This document shows, in pieces, positions 42,590 through 57,208 of a stretch of DNA of 64,000 bases (the stretch's first letter is position 1; every line of letters begins with the position of its first letter). Source of the DNA: Octopus vulgaris (Eukaryota); the NCBI GenBank assembly GCA_951406725.2, contig OX597838.1, positions 39,432,001-39,496,000 of the forward strand, written 5' to 3'. The notes beneath the pieces are model-generated. The model made no database searches. It was not told the origin of the DNA and worked only from the letters and a program-made list of their open reading frames with translations. Position numbers and translations under genes: made by a program.

Positions 42590-43400
42590 TATAACAGACT
42601 GGAATTGTAGGTCCATCTCTTGTAATTTCGATGAATTGTATCTTGTCCTCCCTCTTGTATAGAAGTGTGGCTACAATCCAGCCTACCTCTACTTCTGGGG
42701 GGACATTTAAAATTTTTATCGGGGACGTCCTACGTCCCAGGTATAAGGTTAAAAATAAAATATTTCCACTTTGCAAGGTTCGAGTCGAGTACTCCCTTGC
42801 ACGCTCCGTTGACTCGAACCTTGCTTCTATTGTGGCGAATTTATTGCCTTTTGTTTGATAGTTGATATCTTTCATAGTCGCACCAAGACACTTTTCGATG
42901 GTGCTTTCCTCCATGTGTTCAAATCTTTTTTTCTCTGCATTGTATACTTTATAGACAATAGTCTTTTCTTTAATTTAATTTTTTATTTCGTTTGCTGGTG
43001 TTATCCTAGATTCACTGTCTTTGTCGGTGATCATTCCGTAATAGGTTTGTATTTCTTCCATTTTAAAATTAATGAGTTCGCGTCCGCCGACGGCTGCAGC
43101 GAAATTCTTTTTTGGACTTTCTTCTATCGAAGACATTTTAATAAAAATGCTTCCGAATAAACGGTGAAAGTATTGTCAATTTCCCCAGACAGGGACACAA
43201 TTCAAGTTTTAAACAATAACCAAAGCTCCTTCTCCCAAAGGGGGAGGGGTACGGTTACAATTATTTAACAAATGTAACACAACAACGCTTCCCTTACGAG
43301 GAACCAACAAACGTGATAACAATAGTTAAACAGTAATAATAATAACAACAAATCTTACGGTGAATCAAAAAGCAGTACTCAGTTGAAGCTATACTCCTTT
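42590..43400 (-). mobile_element. 5' fragment (UTR plus ORF1 N-half) of a divergent member of the same Tx1-like family
   Basis: KNFAAAV, KTIVYKV and IEKCL...NKFATIEARFESTERAREYSTRTL...IKILNVPP align with array ORF1 (TNFAEAI, KTIVYKI, IEKCL...NKFAYIQVVF...ITLNNVP). Confidence 0.75.
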
Positions 43401-44794
43401 ATAGATCAGAAATAAACCAACAGTAGTACTCAGTAGAAGCGGCTGTTCGGGAAAACAGACATTACATACAGCCAAACTTCATATAGTTACTTAATGCTAG
43501 CTAATTAGCAGATAATCTAATGTAAATGCCGTGGTATTGGGTATGTGCTCAGCTCCATCTGGACTATTCCATTTCTGCGCTTTAATTTTATTTTTGATTT
43601 ATTCCCATTCATGTGAAACCACTTATTCAAGTTCAAGTCAACGATGCAATTTTATACCAGTTGCTATTTTTACTTTTAATTATGTTACGATTTAATTATT
43701 ATATTATACTTTAGTTTGATTTTAATTATTACTTACTACATATAACTCAATTGTTATTATTATCTCTAATTTTTATTGTTAAAGTGAATGTATCTGACAT
43801 AAAATAGAGAAATGTTTTTGTTTCACTTTTAACATGTAATTAACACTATTACTTTTAACACGTAATCGTGGAGAAGATATGATATTACTATGGGCTCGCC
43901 CTAGGCAAGAAGTTGAACATTTTTTTGCCGATGACATATATATATATATATATATATATGTATATGTAAAAAAATACAAATATATATATACAACTTATAA
44001 ATAAGGGCAAACGAAAAAATTTCTAATGCCAAATATGCCGAAAATTGGACATATTGTCCATTTACCATATAATTTTCTTTTTCCCAGTACGCACGCTTCT
44101 CGAAAAAGGTCGACAGAAATTTCTAAAAAAATTCCATTATTACCATATCGGACCGATTTCAGGGTTAGTTAAAAAAGAACCCTCCCTTCGTCAGTGATAC
44201 ATGTGGCAAAGAAGTAAATGAGATACTTACTCATAGCCATGGAAGAAGCAAACACTAAGTCATGAGCACAACTAAGTACCCCAAATAAATCCAAAATAGA
44301 AATACTCCAGCCCATTCAAGACACGTGCGATTTGAAGTGAGGCACTCACAGAGTGGGAGAGTCCGGAAGTGAACGCAATTAAATTTATATCTAATGTAGG
44401 ATAAAATTTTTTCGAAAAAAAGTTTAATCAATGGCCAGCATATTAAAAAATACCTTTAAAGGTTAAATTATAAACAACTTATAAATAAGAGCAAACGGAA
44501 AAATTTCTAATGCCAAATATGCCGAAAATTGGACATAATTTTTTAATATGCCGGCCATTGATAAAATTCTTTTTTCGAAAAAATTTTATCCTACATTAAA
44601 TATATTGAATCGTTGAATCGTTAGCTCCTGCACGCATTTGTTTTCTCTCCTTGTTTCTTTTCTGTGTATCTTTCTGTCGAAGAGCGTAGGCTCGAAACGT
44701 AACAGACTTGTTTTATTTCTATTCCTGAGCGCCATACTAATACAATTGTTTGTTTGTACTCCACCTGCTTCGTCTTTTGTTTATTTTCGTAAAC

Positions 44795-44831
<37 letters not shown>

Positions 44832-45251
44832 TTTACTCTTTTACATGTTTCAGTCATTTGACTGCGGCCATGGTGGAGCATCGCCTTTAGTCGAGCAAGT
44901 CGACCCCGGGACTTATTCTTTGTAAGCCCAGTACTTATTCTATCGGTCTCTTTTGCCGAACCGCTAAGTGACGGGGACATAAATACACCAGCATCGGTTG
45001 TCATGCAATGCTAGGGGGACAAACATAGACACACACACACGCATATATATATACATATATACGACAGGCTTCTTTCAGTTTCCGTCTACTAAATCCACTC
45101 ACAAGGCATTGGTCGGCCCGGGGCTATAGCAGAAGACACTTGCCCAAGATGCCACGCAGTAGGACTGAACCCGGAACCATGTGGTTGGTTAGCAAGCTAC
45201 TTACCACACAGCCACTCCTTCGCCTATACTTACCACACAGCCACTCCTGCG

Positions 45252-45316
<65 letters not shown>

Positions 45317-45333
45317 ATATACATACATATAAT

Positions 45334-45950
45334 AGGGATGACTACTAAGTGGACATCCAATATGCTAGATGTAGACCCCATTTGGTCTGACAACTAAGAA
45401 TAGATTGTTCTCAAGAAATTTCGGCGAACGCCAGAACGTCAGCGAGCAAGACAAATGAAGAGATAAAAATATAATGATTAGTCACATACCAGGTTTCATT
45501 GTTAACATTTACATATTTACATACGTAAATGACCGTCATAGCAAATATAATTTGCAGAACCATAAATGAGACTTCTACACGAGATAGAAGATGCATATAG
45601 TTTTGCCAATTATATTTGGGGGTGTATTTCGAATGTCTTCGCTTTGGCGCACCAAAAACCGGAAATAACTCTGAAGAAAATAACTTTCTGCATTGAAGAT
45701 GTTCGTTTATGGTTCAGCAAATTATATTTGCTATGGCGGTCACGCTGATGAATTGCGGACATTTACGTATGTAAATGATAGCAATAAAACCTGGTATGTG
45801 ACTAATCATTATATTTTGTATCTTTTCATTTGTCTTGCTCGCTTACGTTCTGGCTTTTGCTGAATTTTCCTGAGAACAATCTTTTCTTAGCGGTCAGAGC
45901 TTATGGGGTCTACATCTAGCATATTTGATGTCCACTTAGTGGTCATCCCT
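45334..45950. mobile_element. MITE-like element with imperfect terminal inverted repeats of about 190 bp
   Basis: agggatgactactaagtggacatc...catacgtaaatg is mirrored by catttacgtatg...gatgtccacttagtggtcatccct. Confidence 0.8.
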
Positions 45951-46113
45951 CTTATATGTATGTAATATATTTTTTCTGAATCTTCAAATTTTTTCAATAT
46001 GCTAGGCCACTGGTTTAAATTGATATTAATCTAATATTCAATTCGTTACCCTTATTATTTAAATTTATACATACATACACACACACACACACAATACACA
46101 CACACGAACACAA

Positions 46114-46177
<64 letters not shown>

Positions 46178-46325
46178 GTGTGTGCAGAGGTGGGCACCGT
46201 ATTCGAAAAGTTAACTCCGTTTATAGTTAATCCACTGCTTCTTTGAAAATGTAACGGAAGTTAACGTGAATCCGTTAATGATGGATGTATATTTGTATCA
46301 AGTTGCCGTCTTTAACGAATTTTAT

Positions 46326-46470
46326 TAAAATATAGGTATATAAAGATATAAAGAACGTGAGGTATAGGGTCATAAATTCTAGAAATGTACAATACACTTT
46401 CACAATACATTTCTAGAATTTATGACCCTATACATGACGTTCTTTATATCTTTATATACCTATATTTTTA
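46326..46470. repeat. Long hairpin with arms of about 64 bp and a short loop
   Basis: taaaatataggtatataaagatataaagaacgt...ctagaaatgta / tacatttctag...acgttctttatatctttatatacctatatttt. Confidence 0.85.
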
Positions 46471-46892
46471 CATCTTTACTTTTTGTTATATTTTATATCT
46501 TATTATCCCTTATAATTACATTTATATTTATATATATATATTTTTTGTGATCCCAACTTGATTAACGCCTCCTCCCCTTCCCCTCCTTTCTCCTTTTTCT
46601 CTTTCTCTCAACATCCAATTCCTTCCCTTACATGAAGGAACCTTCCCAGTATTCATTCTATATTGAGTTAGAAATCGGTATAGACGATTTGTTTTGGAGT
46701 CTAATAATACCATGTACGACTATGAAGATTTACAAACATACCTTCCCAGTGATACTCGGTTTACCTATCATTATAAACAATACCAAATGTTTTTTCTCAA
46801 ACCTTTCACAATGTGATACAAGTCTTTGGTGTAGCAATTGCATGCGGCTGAATAGTGCTTTTGAACTATCTGTTATGTCTATTATGCATTGA

Positions 46893-47263
46893 TCTCTCTA
46901 TATATAAACGGCAGTTTGTCTGTGTGTGTTTCTGTGTGTCTGTTAGGTTGTACCCTCACCCTGACTACGGCTTTCAACCGATTCTGATGAAACTTGACAC
47001 ACACATAGCCCAATGTCATAATTCAAAACTAACGCAGCGAAAATTTTGAAAAGTTCCCCCAGTTCTGAAAAAAAATCGATAAATTCGACATGGGGTCGAG
47101 AATCAGAAACACAAACCACAGACTGTCTAGGGGACGCAACTCGACCTTTTTAACTAAAAAAAAATTTACCATCATTTTTTTCCATTTTTTGGCTATAACT
47201 CTCTAAAAATGCTTTATATTTATTTCCCTTACAAACCTGAGCAACGCCGGGCGATACTGCTAG
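46893..47263 (+). mobile_element. Non-autonomous Helitron (complete)
   Basis: A|TC 5' end (tctctctatatataaac), subterminal GC-rich hairpin region, CTAG|T 3' end, no target-site duplication. Confidence 0.75.
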
Positions 47264-47347
47264 TGTTAGAATAAGGTGTTCTATGAAGCTCGAAACATAT
47301 GTACCACAACATCTTTTCTGTCCTGTTTTCCATTTTTTTCATTTGAT

Positions 47348-47436
<89 letters not shown>

Positions 47437-48054
47437 TACAGGGTGCGATGGGTAAATTGTTGCCATTTTATATTTTTAATCTCACGCAGGCGCTTTGATT
47501 TCTTTTGATTTTGTCGGCTACACAGTATAGTAGGGTCAGTTGGGCACCAACTGCAAATTTCGTAGTACCTTCTTTCGTCACCAATGGTAACGTTAGCAAA
47601 AAAAGGTCCGTATCAACTTCAGTTCACGAAACGCATTCAGTTGTGACTACTTTTGGTCTCCCGTGGGCAAGCGAGGCACGGGTGGGACACTCAATAACTG
47701 GTTCAGCAGCATCTGGCAGACGTATCTCATCGGGTAATAAATAGATACAACTCTTTATAATAACAGTTCCGCAATGTATCTTCTTATTTCGTAGAAAGAA
47801 AAGCAGCAAAATGAAGGGAAAAAAAACTTCATTTACATAGAAAATCAAAAACATAATCATAGATTCAAAGAAAGAAACGAACACGTGACTAATAATAAAA
47901 AATTCTCGTACGTTCCATCTACCGTCTTTCATTTATCACATACGAAACGAAGACTGTAAAAAATGACCATGCTTAACTCGTAAGCTACCACCTATAAACC
48001 ATTCGATGTATTATATGTGTGTGTATATGTATACATACATACATACATACATAC

Positions 48055-48136
<82 letters not shown>

Positions 48137-48749
48137 TAAATAAATAAATGGAGTTGAACGAAGATGTTAATAAAATTCCATTACTTTCGACATATGTTTC
48201 GAAGACAACATGGTTTTATTCCAAAGGAATAAACGGTGTAAGATGCAATCTTCACATCAGGGAGCCTCTCTCAACAACATAACAATATAATAATTACGAT
48301 GACTGCCTACATGATAAACAAAAACGTTAATAAGTGTTTTAAAAAAAACCGTTAGTAGAATTGACGTCAAAGTTAGATAGTAGGAAGAGAAGGGTTAAAG
48401 GAATAATAAAAAGGGAACAAATAGTCTTCCATATCAGTAAACTTTTTCTCAACATGCTCACCAACGCCGTTGACTGTTCACTGCTACATTAAGTTGTTCA
48501 TGGCGAACAGAAAACATAAAAATTGTCAAATATATATGTGCAGGGCTGATTGAAGTCACCTGACAGTAAATCGTATTCATTTATAATTCCAAGATCTATT
48601 TGTTTAACAACTGAACGAATTTAATAAAATATGAAACGTCATGATTATAGTTAAAATTGAAATCCTTCTTGAGCGACACATAATTAAAGATAGCGTTTAT
48701 GGAATTTTTCAATTTTCAATTACTGTCAGGTAACTTTTGGTCAACCAGG

Positions 48750-48796
<47 letters not shown>

Positions 48797-48832
48797 AAAT
48801 ACATAAACATATAAAAATAAATACATATATAT

Positions 48833-48890
<58 letters not shown>

Positions 48891-48902
48891 TATATACATA
48901 TA

Positions 48903-48960
<58 letters not shown>

Positions 48961-49030
48961 TTGATATAAATTGTTCAATAAAGCCAGAAACATAAGTACC
49001 GCAAAATCCTTTGCATCATGTTTTTTGTTT

Positions 49031-49066
<36 letters not shown>

Positions 49067-49455
49067 CATGTACACATACATACACATACATACGCATACA
49101 AACATGCAAACATACATAGATACATACAGATATGCATACATACTTATATATACACACAGTGATTCGACAAAATGGAGACACCTTATAAAATGAAGGTCTG
49201 TTACTGAATACGGAGTTAATTCATGTTTGGTATCAAACACAACTTTATAACGTCAAGGAATTGGGTAATACTGTTTCTTTCATGCTGCACCAAAATGCAG
49301 CATATGTGCAGCAGCATGGTTGTGTGGTCAAAAAAGTTCTTTCCAGTCACGTGGTTCATGGTTCAGTCTCACTGTATGGCACGTTTGGCAAGTGTTTTCT
49401 ACTTAGCTTCGGGCCGATCAAAGCTGTGGTAGACGGAAACTGAAAGAAGCCCGTC

Positions 49456-49538
<83 letters not shown>

Positions 49539-50528
49539 TAAATGAAATAAAACATATGCATATATATAAACATATATGTACGTACCTACCTCTACATGTA
49601 CATATACACGCATATATGAGTACAGGACACCAAAGGGACGTCGAACACAAAGAGAAACGAAAACAGACACAAACCAAAGAACTGGACATTTTTTTTAAAA
49701 ACAACAAAAAATGACAAAAAATGGAGTACAGGACAATTAACACAACGAAAAAACCCCTTCTTCAGTCGCTAAGGTTTCATCTACTCTACGTTTCGAAGGA
49801 TAAAAGCGAGACGTATCTTCGACAAGAAACTTTCCTTCCTGCGAAAAGCAAATCAATTAAAATTCTGAGATCTTTTCGCAGAGGGGTAAAAAATGGTAAA
49901 AACATGGTAAAAAAACAGGACAGTAACGACAGTACAAAAATATAAACAGTAAAAAAATAAACAGTAAAAAAATATAAACAGTAAAAAAATATAACAGTAA
50001 AAAAAATATAACAGTAAAAGACAGGACAGGGAAAAACAAGATAAGAAGGGCTGTTGACGCCGAACGAAAAAAGTATTGCAAACGCAGAATTTTTTGTGAA
50101 CGACAGGAGAGCAGGAAGAATGTCGTCCAGTTACCTTGAAGGCCAGGCCAAAAAGACAGTCAGGGCGGAAGTATCGTCGCGGGTGGACGACGGGAAGGAG
50201 GGAGGAGGAGCAAGAGGAAGGGAGAGAAGAAGAGGAAAGGCTGCAAGAAAACCATGAAGAATGGTGAGGGAGAGAGAGAGAGAGTGAAGAATGAGAGAGA
50301 GAGAGGAAGAGACAAGTTAAGTGGGGAAAAAGAAAATCAAAGAATAGGGATGGGACAGAAAGGTGAAGAGTGCGCGTGAGAGTTAATATCAAGACAAAAA
50401 CTTGATATACAGAACAATCTTACTTAAGAGGGTGCGTGCGTTTAGTCATATAATATATTAATAAATGAAATAAAACATGCATATATATAAACATATATGT
50501 ACGTACCTACCTATATATATATATATGT

Positions 50529-50578
<50 letters not shown>

Positions 50579-50587
50579 ACACACACG

Positions 50588-50704
<117 letters not shown>

Positions 50705-50705
50705 G

Positions 50706-50745
<40 letters not shown>

Positions 50746-50747
50746 TA

Positions 50748-51080
50748 TTTCTAAATTGTGGAAACCACTCGTAAACTTGTGTTTTGCTCATGGCAGCGCC
50801 CTTGTACGCTATCTGAAGCATGACAACTGTTTTGGTCGCCGTTTAACCCAGCAGAAAAAGAAGAATCACACGGAAGCACGCTGTTCCTTCGTTTCAGCCA
50901 TCGCAAAAATCGACGAACAGAGGAGAAGCACCGCAAAACAAAGACGCATGACGTGACAGTAGGAAACAAGTCGACGACGTCGGTCGGCAGACTGATGCCT
51001 GAGAGTTGCAGCGGAAGCCCGAACTGCAACGGTTTGGTCCCACAGAGAACGTTTCCGGTTACTTTTGGGTACTTCACGTA
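50748..51080 (-). mobile_element. Mariner transposon 5' fragment (N-terminal HTH)
   Basis: Minus strand MAETKEQRASV...[32 protein letters not shown] is a typical mariner N-terminus. A shorter piece is at 4883-4990. Confidence 0.75.
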
Positions 51081-51863
51081 TCTGTGTGTGTGTGTGTGTG
51101 TGTTTGTTCCCCCCAGCACCGCTTGACATCCAGTGTTGGTGTGTTTACGTCAGTAGCTTAGCATTTTGGCAAAAAATAGCGATAGAATGAGTACAAGGCT
51201 TAAAAAAATCAATTACTAGGATCGATATGTTCAACTAAAAATTCTCCGAGGCGGTGCTCCAGTGTGGCCGGAGTCTAATGACTGGAACAAGTAAAAGATA
51301 CAAAACGATATGTTTCACAGTTCTTCAGGAATCTCTCTCTCTCGGGTCTCTGTCTCTCTGTCTCTTCCTATCTCTCCCTTACTCTCTCTCCCTCCCTCTC
51401 CCTCTGTCTGTCTGTCTCTTTGATATTTGGTTTCCACCGAGTATTATCCTTGCTTGAGCTGGTTTTACCTCGATTTTGCAATGCCAATATGAGTTTAGAG
51501 ATCTTGCTTCTTAAAACTTTAAACACTTCAGCCGGTTTGCTGACTGAAGCTCCTACCGTTTACAATCCAAAGATTTGCCCTCTTTGGAAATGAAGCAAAT
51601 CAAAGATTTTAATATATTCAAGTATATCTTTTGTCTTTTACGAGTTAATTGTTCCAATCATTAGACCAAGGTCATGCTACAGCTCTGCCTTGAATAAATT
51701 TTAGTCCAATGAATCAAACCCAGTGTTTATTTATTTGTTAAACCTAGTATTTATTGTATCGGTTCGTTTTTGCCGAACTGCTAGATTACGAGGACTTAAA
51801 CACACCAACACCGGTTGCAAAGTGGTAGTAGAGGGAAAACACGGTCACACACATACACGCAAG

Positions 51864-51900
<37 letters not shown>

Positions 51901-52479
51901 ACACAGGTACATTTATATAAACGGCGGGCTTCTTTCAGTTTCCCTCTGAAGAAAATACACTCACAAGGCTTTGGTCGGTTGGAGGTTATAGAAAATAATT
52001 GCCCAAGGAGCCATGGAGTGTGTCTGAACAAGGAACGAGGTTGTTGCGAAGGAAGCTTCTTATCACACAGCCGCACCAACGCGTACATAATACATTTAAA
52101 CACTACTCCTATATCTACAGACTAGAAGAGTTTTGAATTTGTCTCGTTGACGACAGATAAAAGAAAAGAATTGAATAAAACGTAATTTCTGTTAGGTTGT
52201 CAAACACTTTCCTTAATGTGCAAATGCATCGGTCCAGATGCGTTTTCGACTCTTCTTAGATATATTATTTTTAATGTGCCTATCCTTAACTATATTACCA
52301 TTCCTTAAATATAATCAACTGATTATGAAGACAAATTTTATCCGTTCATACCGTGCCATGCTGCCGGTTAAGCTTCGTTGTAGTGATATGCCTTAGAAAT
52401 ATGTATGCTTCCTCTAAATCGAACTACACATACCTGTAATTAATACCATTCAGAAGTTTGGGTTTTCGCTTCTATATAC

Positions 52480-53203
52480 ACAGTTTTGTTGCCTTAGCTA
52501 TCAAATGATAGTTTATTCAAAGTAGTCGCCTTCAGTTTCCACCACTGCCTGAAGACGTCTCCGGAAGCTAGCGCATGCGTTTCTCTTGGTCACTAGCTCG
52601 CCATTTTGCTGCCAGCGGTGCAGATGGTATCTTTCTCAACCACGCCCCACACATAAAAATCCATGGTATTAAAATTGAGGGAATTAGAAGTCCAGAAATT
52701 TGGTCTGGTGAAGTCGTAAAGTTGTAAAGATTCTCCGATTTCAGACTTTCCGGAGGTGTGGCAAGGAATCGAATTCTGTGGGCCACACATATGGCATTTC
52801 AGTAGAACCCTCCCCAGACAGATTTTCAACCACAGTTTCCAGCAGCTTCATATAAATGCCTGAATTGAGCCTAAGGCCCTGTTCTGGCGTGCTGGCGCAG
52901 TTAGAACGCTTGTTGTGTCGTCCACGTCTTTGTATCTCCGTTGCAGTTGTCCGTCACTTCTTTCAGCCTTTATAATGTTCACAGAGCATTGAGCAGAAGT
53001 CATGATGTCAGTATTCTGACACCCGGCACGAGTCGTCAATATACAGGGAACTCTTCTCTAATGTTCAAATGGCTTCCAGTCCTCCATATCAGTAAACTTT
53101 TTCTCAACATGCTCACCAACGCCGTTGACTGTTCACTGCTACATTAAGTTGTTCATGGAAAACAGAAGACATAAAAATTGTCAAATTTACCCCGAACACC
53201 CTG
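52480..53203 (-). mobile_element. Decayed Tc1/mariner element (duplicate of 5690-6396)
   Basis: FTRPNFWTSNSLNFNTMDFYVWGVVEKDT in track ORF 52593-52829. Confidence 0.7.
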
Positions 53204-53295
53204 TCTGTTTGATCAGCGCCGCTTTAGAAGTAACCTCTAATACAACAATAACAACAATAACAACATCCTACTTTTTTCTTTTCTCCATTTTTCAG

Positions 53296-53453
53296 CTGTC
53301 ACTAAGGAATGCCTGCGATACAGTAAGGATTTGGACTGCAGGTTCTATGATTGTTTAAACCAAAGGTTTCCTTGTGGTGAAACGCAGGAAAAGAATAAAT
53401 CGCGTGCTCATTGTTTGAAAACCAAACAAAATTCAGTTCCAGTGGCTGAAGTG
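53296..53453 (+). CDS. STC-like: Stanniocalcin-like protein, copy B, first identified coding exon
   Basis: ttttcag| ... gtg|gtaggt; xVTKECLRYSKDLDCRFYDCLNQRFPCGETQEKNKSRAHCLKTKQNSVPVAEV. Confidence 0.85.
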
Positions 53454-53480
53454 GTAGGTCAAACTTCTGATTAGAATCGC

Positions 53481-53546
<66 letters not shown>

Positions 53547-55269
53547 GAGGGAGAGAGAGAGGGGGAGAGAGAGAGAAAGGGAGAAAGAGTAAGAGAGAAA
53601 GAAAGAGAAGGAGAAAGTGGGAAAGTTAAAGGTAGAGAGGGTGTGAGAGCATGGAGAGAGAGAGAGAGAGTTAAAAGGAAGGAGGATGTCATGTTTTATT
53701 ATCATTATTACATCGTAAGGCGGCGAGTTGGCAGAAATGTTAGCACGCCGGTCGAAATGCGTAGCTGTATTTCGTCTGCCGTTACGTTCTGAGTTCAAAT
53801 TCCGCCGAGGTCGACTTTGCCTTTCATCCTTTCGAGGTCGATAAATAAAATACCAGTTACGCACTGGGGTCGATATAATCGACTTAATCCGTTTGTCCTT
53901 TCTGTGTTTTTCCCCTTGAGGGTAGTAAAGAAATAGGTATTTCGTCTGCCGCTAAATTCTAAGTTCAATTTCCGCCGAGATCGAATTTGCCTTTCATCCT
54001 GTCGCATGCAACATTATGAGTTCAAATTCCTCCGTGGTCGACTTTACATTTCATCCTTTTTAGGTTTGGATTAATTAAGTACCTGTTGAGTACGGGGATT
54101 TATGTGATCGATTGTCTCCACTCCCCACAAAATCCAGGCCTTGTGCTCGATCTTGTTTACTCAGGTTAATTATTATTATTGAGTGAGAGAGCAGTGAATG
54201 CCATCAAAGTGACACTAAGGGTAAAATATACGAACCCCAGTGTATCTACCCATCATGACTACCCATCTGATCAGGTTACACCAGGTACATGCATCACAAG
54301 TATATGTGCGTGACATTGTGATCTCATATCAAGATAAACAGCGCATGACTTTGCAGGTAGGGCGCAGTTACGATTTTTTTCAGGTTGAATAGCCCATCCC
54401 ACTCAAAATGTCATTGAATAAGGTTTAAGGATGACTGAAACACCCATGTTTCCAGAAGTGAATTATCCAAATCCCAAAGAATTCCTCTCAATACATGGCT
54501 ATGATGCGCCCCCACTACTTCTGCTCTTGATCAGAGATGCACATACTAAAGGATATGCTCAGCTGGTTACGGTCAAACAACTGACAAGCAAATCTGTGGT
54601 ATTGAGCAGAATATTTGCTGTAGCCCATCTTTTATACATAACAACACTTCCAATCTGTTATGATCAGAAGCCATGAGAGCCACTGTTTCGTATTGCATCG
54701 TTGTTGTTGTTATCGTTATTATTGTTTATCGTCCCGGTCTCTGAGCTATTGAATTGTTTTGAAGTCTATTTTTCTTTCCCTTTTTGTTGTCGTGTTTTCT
54801 GCAGACCATATGGGTCTGAGCAAAATTATCGGATCTTTTCACTTTGACCGGCAGATTTTAAAATTAATTTCTTTGTAACTAAACACTTTTAAACTTCGTA
54901 TACTGGTAGAATGTGTCACATAAAACATCTTTTTCCCTTGGCGTTCTTGAGAAAATTCTGTAGTTTGTAAGCTATTTGTTGTTAAATTTCTTGCATTTCG
55001 GCAATTTCAACCAATCAATGACGTCTATTGAGGTGAATACAATTTCTGCTGTTGTTTGGCATCCGTGTGCGAACACAAATTGTCTGAAGGCTTTTTGCCC
55101 ACAGCGAAAGAGAGAAGGGAGACCCCACTATTGCCCGCACTAGTACCATCACTACCATCATCACCTCGCCACTTTAAGAAACACTTTCCGCTTATTTTCA
55201 TTCATCCTATATGACCTCATTTACATTATTTACAGTTGACGGTTATTTGTCCTCATCTTGTTTGTTGTT

Positions 55270-55315
55270 AACACAACGTTTCGGCTGATATACCCTCCAG
55301 CCTTCATCAGGTGTC
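55270..55315 (-). ncRNA. Minimal hammerhead-like motif (duplicate of 8617-8662)
   Basis: Same sequence as in copy A. Confidence 0.45.
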
Positions 55316-55654
55316 TTGGGGAAATTTCGAACCTGGGTTCTCATACCTAAGGTATTTTTCGATGTTATCGTTATTATTCAGTAGTTTTATTTTTACAACA
55401 TGCTTTCACCTCACTAAGGAGCGCAGCTCTGTGTGCCTTGGGTATGTGCTGTGATTTGTTGTGATGCTCTTATGGTTACTGTATTGAAAGTGTTTGCGTA
55501 GGATGTGTGCAGTGCCTAGTAGTGCAATTTTCTGTATGATATATATTTGTAAGTTCTGGTGTTTTTCTTACGAGTGTGTATAAGAGAATGACTCACCCCA
55601 GACGCAATAGAGTATACTTCACGCAAAGAATCTTGCAAACCAAATTCCCAAACG

Positions 55655-55718
<64 letters not shown>

Positions 55719-56004
55719 GTTATTATTATTATTATTGATGATGATGATGATGATGATGAGGATGATAATAACTAATAATAATAATAATAATAATAATATA
55801 ATCAACCTGAAGAAAATTCTAACTGGGCCCCACCTGCAAGGTCATATGCTGTTTATCTTGATATGAGATCACCATGTCGCGCACATATGGTTGTGATGCA
55901 TGTGCCTGGTGTACCCTTATCAGACGGGTAGTCATGATGGGTATATTGGGCTTCGTATATTTTACCCCAGTGTCACTTTGATGGCATGCTCTGCTCTCTC
56001 ACTC

Positions 56005-56045
<41 letters not shown>

Positions 56046-56089
56046 CAACAACAACAATAATAAAGATAATAATAATGATGATAATAATA

Positions 56090-56185
<96 letters not shown>

Positions 56186-56981
56186 GTAATATTAAAGTGG
56201 TGAGCTACTAGAATCATTAACACCCCGGGCAAAATGCTTAGCAGTATTTCGCCCGTCTATACATTCTGAGCTAAAATTCTGCCAAGGTTGACTTTACCTT
56301 TCATCCTTTCAGAAGCCGATACAACTTGGTACCACTGAGGTCGTAGCTCATTTCTACTGCTGAGTGAACTGAAGCAACGTGTCTCTCTGTTTTCCCTTTC
56401 ATCTCTTCACTATTTTTAATATATATACATTATCCCATGTAAAGGCGCATAACACAGTGGTTAGAGTGTCGGGCTCACAAGCATGAGGTTGTGAGTTCGA
56501 TTCCCGGAGTGCACTGTGTGTTATGTTCTTGCGCAAGACATTTTATTTCACGCTGCTCCAGTTCACTCAGCTGTAGAAATGAGTTGTGAATTCAGTGGTG
56601 CCAAGCTGTATCGGCTATTCCTTTGGTGTGGAGAGGGGAGGCTGGTATGCATAGATGACTACTGGTTTTCCATAACCCTTCCCGGATTTGTGCTTCGGAG
56701 GGCAGCTTTCTAGGTGTAATCCCATGGTCATTCATGACCGAAGGGTTTTTTTTACTCTTCCATCTTCTACGTGCCATTCTTGTTATCTGTTTCCTACTCC
56801 CCCAAATTAGAGAGACAAAGTACTGGGGTCTTTGTTATGTAGTTGGTCTCCATTCCTCTCAAAATTATTGGTCTTGTGTTAAAATTACACAGAATTACTA
56901 TTCACTCCCACCAAATAAATAAATAAACAATCCCCCAAAACTCAATTTTTGCTTTCACTAACCACTGTCTAATATTCACAG

Positions 56982-57208
56982 GGTAAGATCTGGATGAATA
57001 GTATCATAAGATGTTTCATAGATGATTTAACGAAAATCTACCAACGTCCGTCACTCGATTGTAAAGAAGCTAACAAAATTGTCCTGGACATACAACGTAA
57101 ATGTTACACAGACAATGATTTCTGTAATGTTGGCTGGGATCACCGCAAGGAAATGTGGCAGTTATTCAATGAACCCATAACCACGGCCAAAACACATTAC
57201 TATAAAAT
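56982..57208 (+). CDS. STC-like: Stanniocalcin-like protein, copy B, middle coding exon
   Basis: ttcacag| ... aaat|gtaagt; GKIWMNSIIRCFIDDLTKIYQRPSLDCKEANKIVLDIQRKCYTDNDFCNVGWDHRKEMWQLFNEPITTAKTHYYK. Overlaps track ORF 56994-57212. Confidence 0.9.

Noticed and set aside
49853-50392. 179-aa minus-strand Ser/Leu/Phe-rich ORF
   Set aside because: It is the antisense of purine-rich low-complexity sequence with short aacagtaaaaaaat tandem units, within a repeat present only in copy B.
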